Assembly: GCA_044892525.1 (NCBI GenBank)
Contig: CM097885.1
Span: forward strand, 248,001 to 312,000
From: Schmidtea polychroa
Lineage: Eukaryota
DNA: 64,000 bases
Reading direction: 5' to 3'
Shown here: piece by piece, positions 25,101-35,900 of the stretch
How positions within the stretch are numbered: the first letter of the stretch is position 1
Layout of the letters: the number at the start of each line of letters is the position of its first letter
Notes under the pieces: generated by a model
Told to the model about the DNA's origin: nothing
What the model saw: only the letters and a program-made list of their open reading frames with translations
Databases searched by the model: none
Program-made: the position numbers and the translations under genes

Positions 25101-28100
25101 CTTTAAAAGTTTGTGCAGCGGTGTATCTCCATAATGGTCTGTGATCGTAAATAATATAGGCCATTGACTTTTTACTACCCTGAGTAATGGGTGTGTTCTT
25201 TCTCGGTTTGCATAGTTTTCGATCATGGTTAGCAGACCTCCCAATATCTCAAAATCTAATCGGTCTTTTGCCCATCCGGGCATTTTAGCTTTCACTTCCT
25301 TTATGATTTTCTCGGCTTCTGATGGTTGTAACCCCAATCGGTTACCTGTTGGTTCGTTTATCTGCTGTAACATATTTATTCTATATGTTTGTGATCTTGT
25401 TGTTAATGTTCGCCCTTCCGGCTGGCTGGTGGCTGTTTTCGGTATTGGCTTACATCGTGCCACATTTACATATATTGGCCTCGTGAAGGGGTTGTTTACC
25501 AATCGTACTCTCACATTGGTTTCTCCGACGAATAAAATCTCATACGGACCTTTACCGTTTCGTTGTAATTTTTTGGTGGTTCCTGGAATTAATTCTGGTG
25601 TTTCGATCATCACCCAATCACCGGTTTGAAATGTATGTTGTTTAACGTTTTTCTTTCTATCATGCAGATCTTTGTAACTTTCCTGATAAAACTTTATATT
25701 TAATCCCGCAGTTTCCCAGATTTCTTGCATTCTTTCCTTGAACTTGGTTACATAATCGTCTATTTCCATGTATTGTGATATTGGTGGCTGATATTCTAAA
25801 TCCATTGGCATATTGCATTCTCTGCCGTACATCAACTTAAACGGACTCATCTTTGTGGACGCGTGAATCGACATTCTGTAAGCCATTAAACATAATTTTA
25901 TATACTCGTCCCAGTCGCGTTGATGGCGATCGACGTAATTTGATAACATTTGAATCAGTGTTCCATTGAATCTTTCTGTCATACCATTAGTTTGTGGATG
26001 GTACGGTGATGTTCTTAATTTTGCGATCTTGAAGTAGTTGGTGACTTCGCTCATTATTTCACTCATGAAGTTTGTTCCTTGATCAGTTAATATCTGTTTT
26101 GGTGTTCCATATCGACAGCATATCTCCTCTACTAGTATTTTTGCGATTGTTCTTGCTTTCTGATCTGCCATAGCGAATGCTTCGGGGAATTTTGTCAAAT
26201 AATCTGTGATTACCAATATATATATATATATATTCCCTCTATCTGATTCTGGTAGTGGACCGACTACGTCCATTGATATCACTGTCATTGGTTCTGCTGG
26301 TACTGGCATTGGCTTTAATGGTGCCTTCCATTTTGTTCCCGTGTTTTTTCTGGTTGCGCAGGTTATGCAATTTTTCACCCATTCCGTTACATCCTCGGTC
26401 AATGTAGGCCAGAAGTATTTTTGTTTCATTCGTGCCAACGTCTTTTTAGATGACATATGTCCTCCGAGTCTTCCGTCATGGTATTGTGTTAGCAGATCTT
26501 TACGTCTATTCTCGGGAATGCACATCAGTCTTTTCTCGCCATCCATTATCAATAACCAATCTTTCTCTATTATATATCGATGTCGATGTTTATCCATGTG
26601 CTCTTTCAATTTTTGATCTTTCTCATATACCTCTACTTTCCCTGTTTTCACATATTCAATGATTTGCTTCAACTCTGTATCCTCTTGTTGGTCTTTCCGT
26701 AATTGGCAAAAATCTAAATCTTCCGCCACCATCAGACATATTCGTTGCATTTCGTGATCTACTAAATCTGGAAAGATAAATCTTGACATACAATCTGCAT
26801 TGGCATTCGCTCTTCCCGCTTTGAATTTTATGAACGGTGAATATTCTTGTAACTGCATTGCCCATCGCATCAATCTACTTGAAGCTTCTTTGTGTTGGCC
26901 AAGCCATACTAGTGGTTGATGATCTGTTGTGATACATATTTCGTGTCCCCATAACAAATATCGAAAATGTTTAATCGCTTGTATAATTGCTAACGCTTCT
27001 CTCTCGGTTACGGAATAGTTTTTCTCATGCTTTTTAAACGTTCTGCTGTAGTATCCAATCACTCTTTCTTTTCCTTCTTCATCCAGTTGTCCTAATATTG
27101 CTCCGGCTGCATATCCACTTGCATCTGTTGCTAATAAGAACGGTTTCTTGAAATCAGGATGTACCAGTATTGGGGCTTCAATTAATTTATCTCGCAATGT
27201 CTCAAATGCTTTTTGTTGTTCTGCACCCCAAATAAATGAAATATCCTTTTTCACTAATTCCTGTATTGGTTTCGCAATACCTGCATAGTTTTTGATGAAT
27301 TTTCGATAATATCCGCATAATCCGAGAAATTCTTGAACTTGGGTGACAGTTTTTGGTGCTGGACATGTTTTTATTTTTTCTATGTTTCTTGGATCTGGTT
27401 CTTTGCCTTTTGCTGACACTATGTGTCCTAAGAACGTAACTTTTTCTTTTGCCCAATCACACTTTGATGGTTTGAGTTTCAATTTCCATTGTCGTAATCG
27501 AACGAACACGTTTCTGATATCTTCCAAATGTTGTTCGAATGTTGCTGAATATATTAATAAATCATCAATATATACCATGCACTGCTTGATCCCGTGCGTG
27601 ACGAAATTCATACATCTCTGAAATGATGCTGGGGCATTGGTCAGTCCAAATGGCATTTTCCTGAATTGATACAGGTCTCGACCCAACGTGAAGGCCGTTT
27701 TCTCCTTGTCTTCCTCTTTAACTTTGATCTGCCAATATCCGCTTTTTAGATCTAAAGACGTAAAATATGCGGCCCCTTGCAGCATAAGTAACATCTCATT
27801 GATGTCTGGTAACGGGTATGTGTCTCTTTTTGTTACTGCATTTAGTTTCCGATAATCGATACAGAATCTCTGGGTACCGTCTTTTTTCTTCACCATGACT
27901 ACTGGAAATTGCCATGGCGAACAACTTGGTTCGATCACTTGTGCATCTAGCATTTTTTGTACTTCTGCTTCGGCTATCTCTTTTTGCTTCTCTGCTAGTT
28001 TGTATGGACGTAGTGCGATTGGAGTTTCGTCTATTAATGGTATTGCGTGTAATGTAACATCGCATGCTCCCAAATCTAAGTCCGAAATAGCGAATATATC

Positions 28101-29945
28101 TTTATATTCTATCAATAATTGTTGAAGTCTTTCTTTTTCCTTTTCCGTTAGCAATGTGCTATCGATTGTCCATAATTCGTCAGCTTTCGTTGTTTCATTG
28201 GTGATTTTTGGTAATTCGATGTCTATCATGGGTGTCAATCTACCCAATCTTTCATTTTCATATATGATCTTGTCTTCTTCCTCGAAATTTGTGATGTTAA
28301 TTGGTATTTCCCCTTCGTCATTAATTGTTATTATTTCTCTTGCTAATGGTAATTCTCGTCGTTTTTCGAATGATTTGCTTGGCTCAAAAATGGCTTCTCC
28401 TTCCATTCCTGCATCCACTTTTATTTGACATATCATCTGGGATTTTGCTGGTACAATTATTTTCTCCGGACATCTGATTATTGCGTTCATTTTGCATATT
28501 CTACCCATTTTATCTTTTAGGCACATTGTTGTTAGATCTATTACTACTTCTTTGAACAATTCCGGCATTAAATCCGTTCCGATTATACATGGTTCACTCA
28601 GTTTGGGTATCACCGCCAGATACGTTTCAATTTCATTATCTTGATATCGTAACGTAGTCCACCATCTTCCTACTACGTCTACGGTTTCTTTACTGCATGC
28701 AATAATATGGATAGTTGTTTGTTCGATGTCTTTCCAACATTTACTGGGTATTTGGTTTATTGCTATTGCTGATACATTTGCTCCGGTATCTATCATTGCG
28801 CTTGTCTCTTTCCCGTTGATTTGGATCATGACTGTTACTGCCGCGCCTCCTGGTGAACTCATTACTGCTATTGTTCTGACGTCATCCGCTTGGTCTACAC
28901 TTTTCGTTCTTCGGGTCGGCATATAGTTCATACCTGGTTGACTTGGTAACTGTGGATACATATTTTGTGTCATGGTCAAAGCTGTTTGTTGTCCAACGAT
29001 ATCTGGTGGTATATAACTTCCGTTGGCTATCCAGGTATTCGTTTTTTCTTTCTCCCAAAATGGTGCTGTTTCTATTGGCTTTTCATTCGGGTTTCTACTT
29101 GGATATGGATATTTGTCATTCCCATTGTCGTCATCATCACTATCGCTGCTGTTTGATCGATTTCTAAATCTGTCTAAAAATTTTGGTTTGTTCTTTTTCA
29201 GTTGTGTCCTTGTTGCTTCATCATACATTGTTTTCCGAAATCGTCTACCGACTTCCTCGTCAGTCCCTTTTATTTTTGTCAGTATTTTTATTAATCGTTT
29301 TATTCTGTGTATATCTTTAGAATGACCGTGTAACACCATTGTTTTTGCCAAAAATGGTAGAAAACCTACTATCAACTTCCAATTTACTTTCTTTTCTCTC
29401 TTATAGATATCGAAACACGCTAACATTTGAGTCAATATTACTCTGACAATCTGAATAATTAAGATGATTCCCAGTATTCCTGCCATCATTTGACCGAACA
29501 CTAGAAATCTTCCCCACATTGCTTTCATCATGTTTGACGTGGCTTGTTGAAAATGATCGGGTGACAATAATAGTTCGTAATTGGGACCTGATTGGAAATT
29601 CGTTCCCCCAGTTATGGTAACCATATTTGATAGAATGGATTCTCGCCTTGCTGGGAATAGTACGTTTAGTCGTGCCGTTTCTAAATCCTCTGCTGAGTAC
29701 ATACCTGCTTTTGACACATCAATTGGTTTGAAATCTTGCTCCGTTGCGAGTTCTATTAATCCAAACTTTTTAGGCTCTTGTACTTCGGTTTTTACCGGTA
29801 ACATTATCCATTTCCCATCGGGTTTTTCATATAACGGTCCGTATGCATTTGAACAGTTGAAGGTGTTCGGATAAAATCCAATTGGGTTCATAATTCTAGT
29901 GACGGGTTGAACGAATCTGTTTTGCCCTTTGTAACTAATTTCCAA
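22146..29945 (-). CDS. pol: Polyprotein part 2: Env C-terminus/TM - aspartic protease - RT - RNase H - integrase - ankyrin repeats - C-terminal membrane protein
   Basis: IDTGA (28782-28790), YIDD (27561-27572), TDASG..YSVTEREALA..TDH, HHCC + D,D,E + GPY. Ankyrin motifs (GDTPLH, GYTPLMIAA, KNALHHAI, RTPLQQAI, GETAMMYAA, GNSAMDWA) at ~23600-25170. Hydrophobic segments at ~23100-23147 and ~22290-22357. Confidence 0.95.
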   Translation of the reverse strand: MEISYKGQNRFVQPVTRIMNPIGFYPNTFNCSNAYGPLYEKPDGKWIMLPVKTEVQEPKKFGLIELATEQDFKPIDVSKAGMYSAEDLETARLNVLFPARRESILSNMVTITGGTNFQSGPNYELLLSPDHFQQATSNMMKAMWGRFLVFGQMMAGILGIILIIQIVRVILTQMLACFDIYKREKKVNWKLIVGFLPFLAKTMVLHGHSKDIHRIKRLIKILTKIKGTDEEVGRRFRKTMYDEATRTQLKKNKPKFLDRFRNRSNSSDSDDDDNGNDKYPYPSRNPNEKPIETAPFWEKEKTNTWIANGSYIPPDIVGQQTALTMTQNMYPQLPSQPGMNYMPTRRTKSVDQADDVRTIAVMSSPGGAAVTVMIQINGKETSAMIDTGANVSAIAINQIPSKCWKDIEQTTIHIIACSKETVDVVGRWWTTLRYQDNEIETYLAVIPKLSEPCIIGTDLMPELFKEVVIDLTTMCLKDKMGRICKMNAIIRCPEKIIVPAKSQMICQIKVDAGMEGEAIFEPSKSFEKRRELPLAREIITINDEGEIPINITNFEEEDKIIYENERLGRLTPMIDIELPKITNETTKADELWTIDSTLLTEKEKERLQQLLIEYKDIFAISDLDLGACDVTLHAIPLIDETPIALRPYKLAEKQKEIAEAEVQKMLDAQVIEPSCSPWQFPVVMVKKKDGTQRFCIDYRKLNAVTKRDTYPLPDINEMLLMLQGAAYFTSLDLKSGYWQIKVKEEDKEKTAFTLGRDLYQFRKMPFGLTNAPASFQRCMNFVTHGIKQCMVYIDDLLIYSATFEQHLEDIRNVFVRLRQWKLKLKPSKCDWAKEKVTFLGHIVSAKGKEPDPRNIEKIKTCPAPKTVTQVQEFLGLCGYYRKFIKNYAGIAKPIQELVKKDISFIWGAEQQKAFETLRDKLIEAPILVHPDFKKPFLLATDASGYAAGAILGQLDEEGKERVIGYYSRTFKKHEKNYSVTEREALAIIQAIKHFRYLLWGHEICITTDHQPLVWLGQHKEASSRLMRWAMQLQEYSPFIKFKAGRANANADCMSRFIFPDLVDHEMQRICLMVAEDLDFCQLRKDQQEDTELKQIIEYVKTGKVEVYEKDQKLKEHMDKHRHRYIIEKDWLLIMDGEKRLMCIPENRRKDLLTQYHDGRLGGHMSSKKTLARMKQKYFWPTLTEDVTEWVKNCITCATRKNTGTKWKAPLKPMPVPAEPMTVISMDVVGPLPESDRGNIYIYILVITDYLTKFPEAFAMADQKARTIAKILVEEICCRYGTPKQILTDQGTNFMSEIMSEVTNYFKIAKLRTSPYHPQTNGMTERFNGTLIQMLSNYVDRHQRDWDEYIKLCLMAYRMSIHASTKMSPFKLMYGRECNMPMDLEYQPPISQYMEIDDYVTKFKERMQEIWETAGLNIKFYQESYKDLHDRKKNVKQHTFQTGDWVMIETPELIPGTTKKLQRNGKGPYEILFVGETNVRVRLVNNPFTRPIYVNVARCKPIPKTATSQPEGRTLTTRSQTYRINMLQQINEPTGNRLGLQPSEAEKIIKEVKAKMPGWAKDRLDFEILGGLLTMIENYANRERTHPLLRVVKSQWPILFTITDHYGDTPLHKLLKVGNNEQILETIEAFRDCNISTDQENNQGYTPLMIAANRDKAKDIIIALLETGSKITTQDDNQKNALHHAIEGKSTKAFIILVDLLSYEDNREIGNMYDGLLTAIKEKLITIAGLLIAWRNPIKNDYMVDINETFTKGENTLMREAMRGHHLFEIPNQLLQRGIKFSNHKDEQLIRKRITDFEKAISQFTDKVQVKFWETVSVLYMMENMNNIRETYLSIIQVLTAEERINSSNKKKIKIKKITVRESEKRVDQIISDIATTSKPKIINSDQEIVIRKAKEVFFEEMQDLSDEAILAKITKAVHTYARDQTTNLDIGKIKAFIPLAFTLPTKDSRTPLQQAILAAKENRAITIIRILRDLGEESNAKNEQGETAMMYAAITKIHPKTLHILHQSGSRLDEISNEGNSAMDWATIQPNLEMIRFICKNATRTEVENICKNTSQFQWNTIRMSLEAMKLLLTWKIPQSNKYAININEFYENGENAMVKNTLTKGGTPKIIMIVLNREDLKFTQNLNEQKRIGKHRRIQLRELVKEWKRKRHVATGRKEFEFEAKLARNRVLTAYRRLLNDINVEDDILNDSGGDKDDKDDDNNEKGRNGNKEKEKSEENNQENNDASRKKEENNPRNRIKQEEKTNSGKQRVCLLFTNKEMETNMMIMILVLTMVEMITAQGGMRTIKEAKETENKDNKEEELKQEKKKQVQEQQWDLKEEWDLKERCILGRCMSRAYQRLVLKNEDAEPITEVGIQEAYQHRNGKKITKVKWKEVHLSKGGEIVITQLQPRKEHKVCISRLGPGENCLQYVTQQQPPKEYTVYILRNGPERECRRYPGKRGKKRKINDEKDEQGKRKKTGEKYQVNYVSEEEMEKIQKMAKEGMNEEIARIRGMIKGNGKDGNLKSTEAISTIMNKEKAEIISVKQMMWISGIIITGAFLIITGGTIKIIKDRRHRGELEMARIRNFQHHVKRPSNIKQEQWVEAWNAQRPPSSRI

Positions 29946-32900
29946 CTCGTTTGCGCATTTCCCTGGTGGTATTGTGGGTTTTCTTGGCAGTCGCGCAAAC
30001 GTCTTGGTACATACATTACCTCTCCCACCATTCTACCAAAATGTCCATCCGGTAACGGGAGTGATGGCATTGTGTTATCTGGGTGTGTTATTGCGATGGC
30101 TAATTTTGTTTTTAGTATCTCTTTATTCAATGAACAGTCATTTTGTATAAGATCGTAGTATACTTTTTGCATTGTCGTTTGTCCTCGATGAAATAAAAAG
30201 TCCATTTTGTTGTTGGCATAAAGGTACAACTTCACGTCCTCCGTTGATACTTTTCCTACTGCTCGGTCTATTACTTGCCTTGACATGTAGATACCTGCGT
30301 AGTTCGTCCGATATACTATGCTGTCACATTCGGTGGTCTCTTTTTCTCTGATGAATCTCATACCGATATCTGGATCATCTGTAATTAATGCCGTTGGTGT
30401 TTTTTGTGTTGTGAGTCTCTTTTCTTTGGGGGATGGTGGAACTGGTTTCCCATTTCGCATCCTTACGTTTCCATTCTCTTCATCGTCATCCTCGTTTTCG
30501 TAAATTTCTCCTTTTACTTCATTGAATAGAGCACTTTTTAACAATTGGAGTCGGCATTTTTGGGTGTTAGCTTCATATATTATAGTCGAAATTCCCGTTC
30601 TACACACGTTTTCCGTAGCTCTGCATGCTGGGTTGGTTTTCATTTGATAGTTGTTTGCGTCGAATTGTGCTTCGTATTCCTTCAACTCCACTGTGTAGGA
30701 CTCAATTACTACTACTCCCGAGATCACTTCTCCTCTGATCGTATATGTGCCTCCGTTACATGATCCATCAGTTGATTTTACTCGTCCGGCTACATAGATA
30801 CTTTCCGTCTTGATCATTCCGCTTTGTCCGTGTATTGTTACTCCATCCCTGATTCTCATCGCTCCGGTTCTAAAAAGCTCTTTACAGTCTTCCCGTTGTA
30901 TAGGTACTATTTCTTTATCTAATCCAGGTAATATGAGAGTTGAATACGAATATTGTCCACAGTAATATGCCAACACTTTCTTCGATACTACGCATTCTCT
31001 AGCTTGCGTCCTAATGAAATCTGATTCTTGGTATACGTGATAGGAGACTTTCTTTTTTACTATATCTAATTTATTCGGAGATGCCTGTCTACATTCCTCT
31101 ATATCTCTCAGGGAGTATCTTTCTCCTATTATTGAATTGTCACAGTCGTAAATTGTAAATCCAGCTGCTCCACTGGTGCAGAGCATCCATATCATCATGG
31201 TCATCATTAGTGAATTAATCGACGCTTTTCTGCTGGCTGGGTCTTTCAATGGCAATTCCCATTCCAGTTCGTTTAGCAATTTCTTCAACCGAATTTGCAT
31301 CGATCTCTCTTGCTCGTTTTTTCGTGGCGCTTGTATGAGTCTTTTCCACCCACCGGCACGGATAATATGTGGTTCGATTGTATTTTCAATGATTGTAACG
31401 GTCATTTCTACATGATTTGCGAATTGTTTGTTAGGTATTTTCCTTGCTGCTAATCCCATCAAATTGTACATTAGATACGTTAATACTACTAAATGATGTT
31501 CGTCGTCGTTTGCGTTTAAAGTTAATTGTTCAATTACCCTTCTTGTCTCTTCCCAATCGGTTTTAGTGGTTTTTGTCTTCTCTTTGATTAATTTCGGAAT
31601 TATTCCGGATATTGTATTCCATAGCTGTCTGGCATCTACGCTTGCTACTTTTCGTTGCCATAACCGTCGCAATTGTGGGTTCGTTATTATTAGCATATCT
31701 TTTACTAGCTCTCGTATCCATTTTTCGCCTCTTTCGATTGTTGGCTGGGCCTCTTTCAGATCCCACACTATTTTATCCAGTTTCTTCAATCTGACTTGTC
31801 CTTGTTCTTGTTTCAGTTGTTCTCTGGTTTTAAATTCTGGTTTTTCTCCTTGCTTCTTGGGTCTTCCTTTTGCCCGTTTCTCCATCATTGTTCCAGCTTC
31901 TCTTGTCGTTTCATAATTCGGGTTTCTCTCGTTATCTGTTCTTGGCAATGAGCTATCGTTGTTTCTCAGCCACTCATTCCATTCGTCTATTATTTTGTCC
32001 GTTTGACCTTCTGGTGTTGCTTTCGTCGGTCCTTTTGGTCGTTGGAATTGTTCGTCGGTTTCGGTTTCTGTTGTATTATCGATAATTTCCTCTATGTTCA
32101 GCTTATTTGGTTGTTGATAGCTAGTTGACGGTTGGCTTGTTGTCCATATTTCGGCTCCTGTCGGCCATCTTACCAGAATTGGTGATCTTTCTCCAGCTCC
32201 TTCATCGCTGTCTTCTAATATGATTTCCTCGATTTCCTCGGTTTCATTCGATTTACTCGCCACTTTGTTAGGGCTTGGTGTACTCAAGCTACCTTTCGTA
32301 GTTTTGCTGGATTTGCTCTTCCTTTTAATCGGTTTTCCCAATGTTTCTGCCATTGTCAATACATTGATCTCCCCCAATCTCATGGGTGTTATTCCGACAT
32401 CTGCATTATCATCTAACGATTTTCCGAATAGTTGTAGGTGAAATGGAGTTTCGTATGCTAACTTCTTTTTTAACTCTCTGATCTTTGTTGTTGGATGTAC
32501 TTCTATATCCTCAATGCTTTTGTCGGGATACTTGACTCGGATACGATACCTTTCCTGGGTATCTTGTGCCCATTCTTGGTTTCTCCATTTCCTAATAATT
32601 TGTTCTAGCTGTTCTGGGTACCATTCGTTATATTGTCGGTATTCCTCAATCGCTTTCGCCATTTCTCTTAGATTGTGGATATTCTCTGATGTCTTTAGGA
32701 TGATGTTAGCCAATGCTACTACTTGTCGTTTTTGATTTTTTGTTCCCGTTGCTAAGATGTCACCTAATTGTTTATATCTTTCCTTCTCTTCTCGTTCTCG
32801 AGCTTCCATCGCTTCTTCGCTGTCCATATCGGCATATTCGCGTTCCTTCTTTCTCATCGCATGAATATGTCTGGTTTCCGTTTCACTTTCGGACGTGACG

Positions 32901-35900
32901 TCCGTTTCGCTTTCCTCGTCCGATACCGGTTCTTTCTCTTCCTCTTCGTATTTTGGAGGTTCGTCTTCCTCTTCTTCTGATTTACTTTCGGTCTCGCCAA
33001 TGTCTGTTTCTACGAAAATTCCTTTCCTGACTTCCCACTCTTTATTTTCCGCATTCCACATCCTTTCCCAGGGAGTTCGTCTGCAAGATCTAGTACTTAG
33101 TTTCTTTATTTTTCCTTGTAGTTCCTTTTCCTTTAACCACTGTTGATGAATTTCAATTATCTCTACTGATTTTTGGTATAGCGTTTTCATCCTGTCCCGT
33201 ATCTCTTTCTGGTAGGTTACATCTCTTGTTCGGAATTCGTCCATGGGCAATATTCTAATTATTTGATGATTATCCCACATTCCCATTTCGCTTAACGATG
33301 TGTCGTCTTCAGCCCGTAATATTATTTTATCGTACATCATGACTACATCATCTATCATCCCGTCGCTACTCTCGCTTCGTACTTTTTCCGTTATCTCTTG
33401 GTTTATCTTGGTTACTAAGTCATCCACCGTACTCTGATTACTCATCTTTATTCGTCGTTTCTCCTCGTTTGGTAACCATATGGTTATTTCTAATTTCTGC
33501 GGTTGCGTTTCTTTTAATCTTCCGTATTTGTGGATCAAATTTATGGTTCTCCAATCGCTCATCCTGAGCAATTCTGTATCTCGTAATCGGCTCATTAGTT
33601 CATGCATATCTGGAGTTCGTCTTGCTATGAGTAAATCCCAGTTATCTTCGACTTGTTCTTGAATTTGTTTGATTAGTTTATCTAGATTCCGCCTTAAAGT
33701 GCATTGTTTTATTTGTTCCAATTTCAGCTTGATATTGAAATCGTATTCAGCCTTGGCGTCTTTAGCCCATTCATGAACATTAGTTGGTTGCTTCTCTTTA
33801 TGCAACTTCAATATTTGAGTTTCTCCTGGCCAGATCAATGCATCTATTAGGTGCATGTCTGGCTTAATTTGTTCTCCTTGGTATTGATATAAATACTCTT
33901 TCTTTCTCGAGCTGCCCAAATGTTCTCTTATCCAATCGAAAAGATCGTCTGTAACTGTATTTTTTATCCATATTCTCTCGAGTCCTTTACTCGTTCCGAT
34001 TTTATTACGTATTTTTTCCATATACTTCTTTATTATCGCTTTCTCCTCGCTTGGTATTAAATCTTTTTCGTTTCTTTCCAGTTTCATTATCTTTTGTATG
34101 AAGCGTCTGTATGGTATGATGTCAATGAAATCCTGGTTTCTTACCACCACTGGAAGTATTTCTTTTACTTGTTTTATCGCCTCTTCTTTTTCCTTTCTCA
34201 GTTTCATCTCGATATTCTCATCTTCACTTTCGCTTGCCACATCGCTTTCACTTTTCTCCTCATCTTCTCCGATCTTTTTCTTTAGTTGTTCGATATTTTC
34301 ATTTAACTGCAATATTTCTCCACCCAGGCTACTCACATTATCCTCATCGTCATCTGTTGACAATACCTTCTTTGTCGTCCTCATCATATTAATTCGTAAA
34401 TTCCTCATCCTTGGTACTTTCTTTAGCTTCTGGTTCTCGAATATCGTTAGCTCCTCTGAGTCTAATTCTTGTATCATATTATGATTTAGATGATTAATCT
34501 GCTTCTCATTTTCGTTATTTTCCGCTTCTACTCCGGTTTTGATTTTCTCGTGTTCCTTTTCGATTTTATCTTTTATCTTTTTCCAGAATATTTTCTGAAT
34601 TCTCTGATTCCCTTTTAATGGTGTTGTTGGGTTTTCCTTTTTCGCTTCTGTAATCGTTTCTTTCGGTGTCTCTGGTTCGATCAATGGGACTACTCTTGGA
34701 TTTTTCCCGTAATTGTAACAATATTGCTCTTTTATCTCCTTTACCATCCTCATCATATTTATTCGTAATGGTTGTTCTTGTCGCTGCTGAATTCGCTCTC
34801 TTTTTATTCTCTCTTCCTCAGCTTGTAGTCTCTGCCATTCTTGTGCATGTTGTTGTACTTCATAATTGTTAAGATTCTCGGTGCTCCTCATCAGGCGTAT
34901 ATTCTGAGTTTGTTGTGGTACTGGTTCTTGTCTTGGCCTCATCATTTGTTGCATCATTTGTTTCATTTGAGAAATTTCTTGCATCACATTCATTTGTTTT
35001 CCCTCACTGGGGTTACTTTGTCGTTGCGGATTTGGTGCATAATTATTGTTTCGTTGTGGTGGTCGTTGTTGTTGGCCCCTTTCTCGGCAATCTCTTGAGA
35101 TGTGACCTGGCTGACCGCAGTTAAAGCATCCTCTCAACTGGCATATATTTTCCGTGTGTCCTCGTCGTCCGCATCTATTACAATTTGCGTTTCGGTAACA
35201 ATCTCTGTACCAATGTCCTGGTTTACCGCATGTTCGGCATTGTTTGTTATCGTTCGTATTTCGTCGATTATTAAAATTATTTCCATTGTTCGAGTTGTTG
35301 CGTTCGCTGTTATTCCCGTTTGATCGTCCTTGCGGTGGTTTGAAAATTTGATGCGCACCTGGTATAAACTGATTCATCTTCGGTTCATGATTATTGTTAT
35401 CTCCATTTTCTGTTTTCGCCGTAGCTGCTGCGATTCTTCCCTCCTCTTGCATGACATTCATTTGTGCCGGGAGGTGTAGTTCGCATCTTGTGGCCCAATC
35501 TATGGCCTCCTCTAGTGTTTTACACATCTGACATCCCACCGAGGCTCTTACCTCTTCCCGGCGTAGTCCTTCTATGAAATAACCAATTAGGTTCTCTTCC
35601 GGCAAGTTTCCGTTCATGGCCTTCGTTGCCAATCTTCGCAATTCGCTTGCGTATAACGTTATTGATTCATTGGCTCTTTGTTTTCTACTCGCTAATTCTC
35701 CTAGGGCTTGATTTATTGGTTTGCTGGCCCCGAATGTTTTTCTCAAAAATGTTTTGATGTTTTCCCAATTGTCTAATTTCGTATTTCTTTCTTTTGCTTC
35801 TAGATACACTTCGAGTGCGCTATCGCACAAAAACAGAGGCATTCGTTTACTAATTGCTTCCGCTGTCCATCCGCACACATCGATATAGACTTCAAAATTT

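Noticed and set aside
26215..26234. GNIYIYILV in the integrase core
   Set aside because: Likely an in-frame (TA)n slippage of 6 nt, not a meaningful feature.
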